Assembly: GCA_041650295.1 (NCBI GenBank)
Contig: JBAZLM010000004.1
Coordinates: 51,860 to 115,859, forward strand
From: Candidatus Omnitrophota bacterium
GTDB lineage: Bacteria; Omnitrophota; Gorgyraeia; Gygaellales; Profunditerraquicolaceae
Direction: 5' to 3'
DNA length: 64,000 nucleotides
The notes under the pieces are model-generated. The model searched no databases and was not told the DNA's origin. It saw nothing but the letters and a program-made list of their open reading frames with translations. Positions 10,291-19,800 of this stretch are shown here, one piece after another; within the stretch, counting starts at the first letter, position 1, and the number at the start of each line of letters is the position of its first letter. Position numbers and translations under genes: made by a program.

Positions 10291-11823
10291 ATGGCAAATA
10301 AATTCTATATTACTACTCCGATTTATTATGTAAATGCTTCTCCGCATATTGGGCATTCTTATACCAATATTGCTGCGGATACTTTGGCACGCTATAACCG
10401 TAATTTTTTAGGAAAAGAGAATGTTTGGTTTCTGACTGGCACTGATGAGCATGGTCAAAAGATTAAAAAAGCTGCTGATGAAGCTAAACTTTCTACTTTA
10501 GAATTTGTAGATAAAGTGGTCGAGCAGTTTAAGGATTTATGGAAGAAGCTTGAGATATCTAATGATGATTTTATTCGCACGACTCAAGCCAGACATATTC
10601 AGTGTGTGCAAAAAGCTCTGCAGATAGTTTATGATCAAGGCGATATTTATGAGGCTAAATATGAGGGGTGTTACTGTACGCCTTGTGAAACCTTTTGGCC
10701 TAAGACGCAAATTGTGGATAATCTGTGTCCTGATTGTAAGCGCCCTTTAGAGAATATTAGCGAGACTAATTATTTTTTTAAATTATCAAAATATCAGGAT
10801 TGGTTAATTAAATATATTAAAGATACAGAAAAAAATCCTGAAAGGATTCATTATATTCAGCCGGCATCTCGACGTAATGAAGTTTTGAGTTTCTTAGAAA
10901 ATAATAAATTAGAGGATCTTTGTATATCTCGGCCGATTGAGCGCTTGAGTTGGGGAATTCCATTACCCTTTAGCCCTAAGCATGTAACTTATGTTTGGTT
11001 TGACGCTTTGATTAATTACATTAGTGCGGTTGGCCAGTTTGATGCCAACAATGTCTATCAATCTCGATGGTGGGAGAAAGATGTTAAGGTAGTGCACCTG
11101 GTGGGAAAAGATATTTTAAGACACCATGCAATTTATTGGCCGATTATGTTAAAAGCTTTAGGAATTAGACAACCGGATACTATCTTTGCGCACGGTTGGT
11201 GGATGATTAATGAAGATAAAATGTCAAAGTCGCGCGGAAATGCGGTTAATCCGATTGAGATGGTCGATAAATTTGGCATTGATGTTTATCGTTATTTTCT
11301 TTTGCGTGATGTGCCCTTTGGTTTAGATGGTAATTTTTCCGAAGAAGCGATTATTAAAAGATTTAATGGGGACCTGGCTAACGACTTGGGAAATCTTATC
11401 TATCGAACACTCACGATGGTAGAAAAGTATTATGCCGGAAAAATTCCGGATATAGATATCTATAGTACTGCTTATGATGGTCCAGGAGAGAATATTAAAG
11501 ATAAGCTTGCGCAGTTGCAAAAAGAAGTTTCTATCCCGCTGGCCTGGGGTAATGATTTCAGTTTAGCGTTAGAAAAAGTTTGGGAAGTTATTGGTTTAAC
11601 CAATAAGTATGTTGAAGAGACTAAGCCTTGGAATTTGGCAAAAGAAGGCAAGGATGAACAACTGAAAGCCTTTATTTGTTTATTGGTGCAAGCGATTAGA
11701 AAGATTGGTCAAGAAATTGCACCGTTTATGCCTAAAACAGCTGAATCGATAATTTTGCAGTTGGGTAGTAATCAGATTAAAAAAGGCAATCCTTTGTTCC
11801 CGCGCATTGAAATAAATAAGTAA
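10291..11823 (+). CDS. metG: Methionine--tRNA ligase
   Basis: HIGH motif (PHIGHSYT), KMSKS (DKMSKSRGN) and a zinc knuckle (CYCTPCE...CPDCK). Confidence 0.9.
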   Translation: MANKFYITTPIYYVNASPHIGHSYTNIAADTLARYNRNFLGKENVWFLTGTDEHGQKIKKAADEAKLSTLEFVDKVVEQFKDLWKKLEISNDDFIRTTQARHIQCVQKALQIVYDQGDIYEAKYEGCYCTPCETFWPKTQIVDNLCPDCKRPLENISETNYFFKLSKYQDWLIKYIKDTEKNPERIHYIQPASRRNEVLSFLENNKLEDLCISRPIERLSWGIPLPFSPKHVTYVWFDALINYISAVGQFDANNVYQSRWWEKDVKVVHLVGKDILRHHAIYWPIMLKALGIRQPDTIFAHGWWMINEDKMSKSRGNAVNPIEMVDKFGIDVYRYFLLRDVPFGLDGNFSEEAIIKRFNGDLANDLGNLIYRTLTMVEKYYAGKIPDIDIYSTAYDGPGENIKDKLAQLQKEVSIPLAWGNDFSLALEKVWEVIGLTNKYVEETKPWNLAKEGKDEQLKAFICLLVQAIRKIGQEIAPFMPKTAESIILQLGSNQIKKGNPLFPRIEINK

Positions 11824-11829
11824 CCTCCT

Positions 11830-12591
11830 ATGTTGATTGATTCGCATTGTCATCTCGATTTTACTGAATATGATTTGGATCGCCAGCAGGTTATTGGCCG
11901 CGCAGAAGCCGCCGGAGTAAATTATTTTATTAATATTGGCGCTACTTTAGCATCTTCCCAGGCCTCTTGCGTGTTAGCTAAACAATATGCACAAATTTAT
12001 GCTAGCGTAGGGGTACATCCGCATGATGCTGATACTTTTAATTTAGACGCAGAAAAAAAATTAAGAGCATTGGCTAAGTTTGACAAAGTAGTTGCTATTG
12101 GTGAAACAGGTTTAGACTATTATCGTAATTTATCTAGCCAGAAAAATCAAAAACAGGCGTTTATTCAGCAGATTGCCCTAGCTACAGAATTGAATTTACC
12201 GCTAGTCATTCACAGTCGTCAGGCTGAAGTTGATGTTTTAGAAATTTTAAAATTACATCAACCGTTGCGGGCGGTAATTCATTGTTTTTCCGGGAATGAA
12301 GTTTTTTTACGTGAATGCTTAGAGATGGGATTTTTTATCTCATTTACTTGCAATATTACTTATAAAAAAGCTCAAGGTTTAAGAGAGATGGTTAAATTGA
12401 CCCCGCTTGATCGATTAATGTTAGAGACTGATGCTCCCTATTTATCACCTGAAGGATTCCGCGGGAAACGTAATGAACCGATGCAGATAAAATTATTAGC
12501 GCAAGAAGTTAGTCTGATTAAACAGGTAAGTTTCGCAGAGATTGCTAAGATAACTACACAAAATGCCAAAAATTTCTTTAATTTACGATGA
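11830..12591 (+). CDS. tatD: TatD family metal-dependent hydrolase/DNase
   Basis: N-terminal DSHCHLD motif, about 253 aa. It follows metG (the metG-yabD arrangement). Confidence 0.85.
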   Translation: MLIDSHCHLDFTEYDLDRQQVIGRAEAAGVNYFINIGATLASSQASCVLAKQYAQIYASVGVHPHDADTFNLDAEKKLRALAKFDKVVAIGETGLDYYRNLSSQKNQKQAFIQQIALATELNLPLVIHSRQAEVDVLEILKLHQPLRAVIHCFSGNEVFLRECLEMGFFISFTCNITYKKAQGLREMVKLTPLDRLMLETDAPYLSPEGFRGKRNEPMQIKLLAQEVSLIKQVSFAEIAKITTQNAKNFFNLR

Positions 12592-13709
12592 GTGCTAAAG
12601 TTTCGATAGTTAAGTGTAATAGTTATGCGCCGGCGGTAGTGGAGCAGGCCCTAAGAGATACTTTAAAGATCTTAGGCGGGATTACTAGTTTTATTAAGCC
12701 GGGATCAAAAGTTTTAGTTAAACCAAATCTTTTAATGTCTAAGCCACCAGAGGCTGGAATTACTACGCATCCTGAGGTGGTCAGAGGGATGATTCATGTT
12801 TTAAAAGAGATTAATTGTCAAATTATCGTGGGGGATGGGCCCAGTGTCTGGGGTCAGTATATTGAAAATGTTGATCAGGTTTATGAGATTACAGGGATAA
12901 AAAGAGTTTGTCAGGAAGAGAAAGTGGAGCTGGTTACTTTTGATAAACGCAGGATGCGTCAAAAATTTCCGTTAACTGTTTGGCTAGATGAGTGCGACTA
13001 TTTAATTAATTTACCTAAATTTAAAACACACGAGTTTACATTATTAACGGGAGCGATTAAAAATCTTTTTGGGCTAGTATCGGGTACTTATAAAACGGAG
13101 TTGCATAAAAATTATTTTGAACCTGCGGAATTTGCTAAGATTCTTGTGGATATTTATCAAGAGACTAAACCAGCTTTAACGATTATTGATGGGATACTGG
13201 CGATGGAAGGTGATGGTCCGGCCACGAGTGGAAAAATCCGACAACTTAATTTATTATTGGGTGGGGCTGATTGCGTAGCTTTAGATACAGTAATGGCTAA
13301 AATTATGGGAATTACCGGCAAAGAGGTACTTTCGACAAAAGAAGCAGTCAGACGTAATTTAGGTGAGGGCCAATTAAGCAAAATTTTAGTTGAAGGGGAG
13401 TCTATAGATAAGCTAAATATTCGGCCGTTTATCTTACCGATGACTTCGGCTAAGATTACTAAGTTACCAGTAGTTATTAAGAAACTTTTAAAATCTTTGA
13501 TTAGATATTATCCATATTGTTTAAATTTGAAATGTATTCGCTGTGGACACTGTGTGAAAGTTTGCCCGAAGGGTTGCATAAAACTGAAAAACAGTGGTAT
13601 TAAAATAAATTATAAGCAATGTATTGCTTGTTTTTGCTGCCAGGAGGCCTGTCCTGAGGCAGCGATAAATGTAAAGAAAAGCTTGTTTGCCAAATTATTA
13701 GGCTTATAG
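12588..13709 (+). CDS. DUF362 domain protein fused to a 2x[4Fe-4S] ferredoxin domain
   Basis: The N-terminus matches the DUF362 pattern (VKPNLL...GITTHPEVV). The C-terminus carries two CxxCxxCxxxCP motifs (CIRCGHCVKVCP, CIACFCCQEACP). Confidence 0.7.
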   Translation: MSAKVSIVKCNSYAPAVVEQALRDTLKILGGITSFIKPGSKVLVKPNLLMSKPPEAGITTHPEVVRGMIHVLKEINCQIIVGDGPSVWGQYIENVDQVYEITGIKRVCQEEKVELVTFDKRRMRQKFPLTVWLDECDYLINLPKFKTHEFTLLTGAIKNLFGLVSGTYKTELHKNYFEPAEFAKILVDIYQETKPALTIIDGILAMEGDGPATSGKIRQLNLLLGGADCVALDTVMAKIMGITGKEVLSTKEAVRRNLGEGQLSKILVEGESIDKLNIRPFILPMTSAKITKLPVVIKKLLKSLIRYYPYCLNLKCIRCGHCVKVCPKGCIKLKNSGIKINYKQCIACFCCQEACPEAAINVKKSLFAKLLGL

Positions 13710-13798
13710 CTGTTTTTGCCTAAACCCGCTATTTTTTCTCTCAAAACCCCAAAAGTTCGTATTTAAGCCAGATATTGCAGTTTTATAAATATTTTGCT

Positions 13799-13826
13799 TT
13801 GATATTGATTTTTCCTTACCTATATT
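13799..13826 (+). promoter_or_regulatory. Candidate sigma70-type promoter for the giant gene
   Basis: TTGATA, a 16-nt spacer, then TATATT, about 50 nt upstream of the ATG at 13875. Confidence 0.3.
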
Positions 13827-13874
13827 GCATACTTTATATACGTAAATGGCTGATAACTAATAAACTCAAAAACT

Positions 13875-16800
13875 ATGAAATTTAAGTCTTCAAAACTATT
13901 TAAAATCATTGCTTTGTTGATCTGTTTTGTGCTGTGCTTTGAGCAATCTGGCTTTGCGCAAATTGCCGCTCAACTGGATATCTCAGGCAAGTTATCTGGC
14001 TTGGTTAATTCCATCGCCCAGGACAAATTTCGCCCCCTACATCTGCGTTATCTTCAGTATGATACTAAACTCAATAACTTTAAGCTTCTTCTGGATAAGG
14101 GTAGCTCTAAAGAACTCTCTAAACCTTTTATCGAGCAATCCACTAAAACATTACTAAACTACTTCTTAGCCGGAGTCACTTTACCTAATGACACCTTTTG
14201 GGTAAACCTAAGACCGGATTCTCCAGATAACGTCATTGACCCAGCTTTAGCTCAAACCGACATCGGTCGCATTATGCTAGAAGCTGACGTCCAGCTTAAA
14301 AAAGATACGGCTAGCTTTACTTCTCCCAACACCCCAGAAGGCAAACAATACTGGGATAAGCTCTATACTAAAGCCGGAGAACTCTTTGGCTCTCAAAACA
14401 TCACTATCCCCACCTTAACCCGTCCCTGGATAGTCCCCAACGAGATCATCATCCGTGAGACTATTGATAACGCCTATATCTATAAAGCTACCCTAAAAGT
14501 CATGTTGGAAGATGATTACTTAAAAGAAGGTAAAGGTATCGGCACCGGTATAGATTACTCCTTCAAAGATGAAAAATTAAAACAACTCAACCAATACTCA
14601 TCTGAACTTATCCGCCAGTTAATCATTCCCAAACTAACCAAAGAGATCAACACCTCAAAACGCTACGCTAACCTGCGTCAGGTATACTACTCGTTAATCT
14701 TAGCCCAATGGTTTAAACAGAGATTTGCTAACAACTCTGGAGCTTATTCCAAACTAATCAACCAGAAAAACCTCACTAACCTAACCTCTAAAACCAGCTG
14801 GAGCAAGGATACTTACTTCCAGCAATACCAAAAGTCCTTTAAAGACGGGGAATACAATATCAAAACCCCGGTATCTACCCCTTACGGCCAGGTGATCAGG
14901 AGCTATTTTTCGGGAGGGATCAGGCCTATACCGCAAATTCCTGCTCCTGGAGAAGTATCGCAAGATGGTTTAGTTACTTCAGTAAAAGGGGGAGAATTAT
15001 TTGCAACGGTTACCGGAAGCGATAAGCTGGCAGGGGTTAGCATCGATGATGGAGTAGTAAAAACTACTGATCAGGCTCAGCCATCAAATGGATTTAAAAT
15101 AGAGGATCAAACTACCCCTCCAAAAGTTGAGAATGGTATCTCCGTTAGAAGAGTTGATCTATCCAAATTACCAGTAGGAACGATTATTAAATATAGAATT
15201 TCAAATGATAATTGGAATTATACCTTAAGAGTCGAAGCTAATGGAAGAGTTAGTATCTGGTTGAGGGAAGATCAAGGAAGAATAACCGCGTCGATTAAAG
15301 CTATTGGGAGCAGAGTTCCTTCACTTACCCCGGGCGATGCATATGATGCAGATTTTTTCGGAGAAATAGAACCTGGCGTATTAGCCTATCAGCCGTATTT
15401 TAATCAAACTGATATAGCTGGCAGCAAGGTGCGAGAATTAGTATCCATCGGTGATTATCCTATTCAAGCTACTCCGGAAGACATTATGGTCTATTTGCCT
15501 GATGGAAAAACTCAATTGCCTCGAGAAAAGCCACGGGCATTGCAAGATAAATTTAAGCGTAAAGTCAAAGAGCTAAATGAATTTATTGTTCATCATGGTA
15601 TTCCCGGAGAAAACCCGTTGGAGGCTAACGGATTTGAATTTTTGGTAAAAAGCGGGATAACTAAGGTGGAGATCTTGGCAGAGCGTTTAGGAATGGATAA
15701 GGATAGCCTTGAGGAGATTCTTAGCGCGGTTGAAGAGCAAAAAGGATGGGACATTATTGAAAAGACGATTGATACTTCGACGTTTAGTTTTGCTTTTGAA
15801 AAATTGGCAAAACTACAGGCCGAAAAGAATCTTTATCCAAAACCGCAAAAAACAATTAAGGAAAAGGCCTATGAATTTAAAGATAAAGTTATCAAATTTG
15901 TAAAAGATGAAACTGGCGCGTTGCAGCTAACAGGCTATCGCCAAGATAAAAAATTTAATCAAAAAATTGCAATGGATAAAAAGCTAGCAGGTTTTTATGC
16001 GATTGCGGAAGACCTACTTGAACAACTCCAAAAATTTCCAGATAAACAAGATCTAGTAATTGAGCTTATTGAAAATAAATTTAATGCATTAGTTAGGGAA
16101 TTTCCAAAACAACGCATAGAATTAAATAATGCTAAGAATGAACTTGTTAATGAGCTTGCTATTAATTTGTCATCTGGGCAGCAAGAAAGCATATATTTAC
16201 ACGGTTATTATGAGATTTTAAAAAATATTCTAAATAAATTAATCCCTTGGACGGATGATTTAAAAAAGAAAAACCCTGATTCAGAGTTTATTTTTGTGGC
16301 CAGAGATGCCGGATATATCTATTCGGTATTTAATGCTTTAGGAAAATTAGGTAAGGAGAAAGCCGAAGGATTTGTATATTATTTAAGCCGCGCTTCTATG
16401 TCTGAAGATTTAATTCGCAACGGTCCTTATGATACTGCAAGACGCATGATTAATCAAGCCCACTCAGATACAAAAACCGATAACATTAATGAGCTAACCG
16501 GAAATATTAGAAAAGAATTTAAAGATTATTTAGAACAGGACGATAGGTCTTTTTTGGATGAAACATCCCGTAAGGAATATTTAGAGTTTAAGAATATGGT
16601 GATTAAAGTTAATAGTGAGCTTAAAGCTTTAGGCTATGATCAATTGCAGAAACTAGTTTTGGTTGAGACAGGATTTAAAGGTACGATGCCGTTTTTGATA
16701 AAATTTATTTTAGATTTAGATAAAACGGATGAACAGTTAGCTAATGAAGCAAAAGAAAACGGTGGACAGGAAAATATTCAAGTCGCTATTTTAGAACCTA

Positions 16801-19800
16801 GGGATATTCCTGCTTTTACCGATGGTGTTTATGGCTTAACTGCAGAACAAGCTGAAACTGAGATGAATAAATTTGAAGATTTTTGGGGAGGTCAAGCAGT
16901 AGAAACTCCTGAGAGTGTGGTGGATCTCTTAGAAAAAGAAGATATCTCTCACCCGATAGAGTTTAACTTAATTGATTCAAGGGTAGAAAGAAATAGCAAT
17001 CCTGTTGAGTTGTTAAAATATTTTGTTAATCAGCTAGTAGTTGGGTTAGAAACAATTGAATATTATAAAAAAACTAGAAAGGTTGATGTTGAAAAGCCAG
17101 TGAATAAGTCCTTAGCACAGTTATCTCCTATTGCTGCGACTAAAATTATTGGCTCTGCGCTTGACAAAGGTAATAATTCTTTAGATGGACTGATTGCAGA
17201 AACCCCGGATTATACGGGAAAATTAGTTCAGTTGCAAAATCCCAAACAGATGAGCGCTGGAAATTTTGACGGTACTAGCCATCTGCAATTTACTGATGAT
17301 CCTCAGGGAAAAGCGGGGCAGGTTTGGTTATTTAAAGGTTATCCTCGGCAGAAATGGCATCGCGCTTTAGTTGATGAATTTGTTTATCATATAGCGGAAA
17401 AGCTTGGTTTAAAAAGTGCAATACCGGTTTTTGCCGGGCGGATTAAAAATGGATATATGACCGAGTTTGGAATGTTTATGCGCTGGGAGGAGAACATTGG
17501 TTCTTTGTATGAAGTTTATAGAGGTGATTTTATCCAAAAATTAAGTGAGAATAAAGAAAATCTTAAAACAGTTTTAAGGGAACAGGTCCTAGATTGGCTA
17601 GTTTCACAGCATGATTCCCATTCTCGGAATTTTCTTATTGCTGACGATAAAGACAAAAGTCTTATTCCGATTGATTTTTCACAGGCATTTAAGTTTTTAG
17701 GCAAAGATGAGCTTTCGCTTGATTACAATCCTAATGGTGATGTTAATGGCTACAATAATGTTGCCTACATGCCGATCTATAATCTTATTTATCAAGCAAT
17801 AATTAATAAAGAGATTGATTTTACCCTAACTGAGGCCTGGGAAGTTGTGCAGGAGGTGTTAGAGCGCGTAGAAGAAATGGATACTGATGAATATATTCAG
17901 GCTTTAAAACCTTATGCTGAATTTAGATTTAAAATAATGAAGGATGCTAGTTGGAGTATTAGAAATAGCGATGAATTTTTAAAGTTAGCCCGGGAAAGAA
18001 AAGTTAATATGCGTAAAGATTTCGAAAAGTTTTATAAAAAGCTCGGTTTTTCTAGTGAGACTGATTATCGTTTTAGTTTGCTGGAAATCATGGAGAACCC
18101 CCTCCAAGAGAAGCAAGAATTTTATGTCGATCAATTTAATGCGCTCTGGATTTTTAATGAAAATCAAGATTTGGCTACCAAACCTTATAAGTCTTTAGCG
18201 GCAAAAACTTATCATCAATTTATGGGAAAAGTTTTAGATCGCAATAGTATCGTTTTAGAAACAACTTTTAAAGCTAAAGATGGTCGCATTCGCACTGGAA
18301 CGATGCAAAAAGTTTTTTATCAGGAGCCCTCAGCCAATAAACAATTAAAAGAATTGAATCTTGCGGATTTCAGAGATTGGAGCCAAAACCGGGTATCTAT
18401 AAAATTTTGGGGGCTGGAACCGCCAAAGATTAAGCAAGTTTTGGAAGAGATGGTGATTGATTGGTTATTTTCTAATTACAGCAGTACCGAATCAACCTGG
18501 TTTGAACATGGGTACGCTAAATTCTATTTAATTTGTTTAGATGATAAATCGGATTCTTTTAAAGATTTTCCCAATGACAGGCTTGAGGCGAAAAAGGATT
18601 CTGATGATAAAATAAAACCACCTTTTGCTTACAATTTAGTTAAATATTTAGCTCTCCAAAATCGTCTTTCTATGGATCTGATTGAAGAAATATTGAAAAA
18701 AATTGAAAGTATTCCGGATAACGAAGTTGAAGAACTAATTCGTCCGCTAGCCAAAAGTTATGTTGCTACTAACCCTGATAAGTTTAAGCGTCCGGAAGAT
18801 TTTATAAAAGCATTTTTATCTAGAAAAGACAATTTACGTAAGGATTTTAAAGAATTTTTTCATCAAAATTATTTATTAAATACACCGTTTAATTCTCAAG
18901 TACAAACTCATCAGGCGATGACAGATAAATATATTATTTCCTCAGATCTCTATCAACAGATACATAATGCCCGAGGTGATCAAACCGCGATTATTAAGCT
19001 AATTAACCAACGTTTTAATGAATTAGCCGAAAATTTATCCTGGGAGGAAGTGGAACCTCTAGCGCAAAAAAAGGAAGAGCTGATTATCCGGATCACTGGA
19101 CCGCCAGTTTTAACGAATCAAGATGTACAAATGGATTTACAAACTAATCCTATTGTGCGAGATCGGAAGTTTAAAGCTATGTCTAGACTGTTGGCTTCTT
19201 GGGTTTATTCTTTAAGAGAGCAAAAACCTGATTATTATCTGATTGGTTTAGCCCGTGACGGAGGATATATTCCTTTAATTGATCAATTATTTAATTATGC
19301 TGGAATAATTCCTAAAACTGGCTCTAGTGTTTATCATTTGAGCTGCCCCCGGATGTCAGGAGAGACGCAAAAGAAAATTTATAGCATGATGTATGAAATT
19401 ATTGCAAATGCATTAAAAAATGTTGAGCATAATGATATCCAAGGTTTATATGCGCAAATTCGTTTAGGATTTAATAAAGCAATGGCTGAGAATTCAAGTT
19501 TTTTAGTGATGGTTACAGAAATTCGGAAAGAATTGATAGGGCTTGGATTTGATCAAAAAAATAAAATTGTCATTACGGATACTGGATTTTTTGGAACAAT
19601 TGCTTTCTATATCAAATGTATTTTAGATATGGATAAAAGCCAAGCAAGATTGGAACAAGAATTAGTGGATAATCATGGTCATGAAAATATTGAAGTTGCC
19701 ATTTTACAACCTAGCAGTATAGAAAGTTTTAACAAAAGTTTATTTGGTTTTGATACAACGAGACTTACTCAAGATGATCAGGCTATCGCCAGAAAGTTAG

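Noticed and set aside
13927-14157. Plus-strand 76-aa ORF in another frame at the start of the giant gene, and 40135..40329 inside queF.
   Set aside because: Each is out of frame within a strongly supported CDS and has no independent signal.
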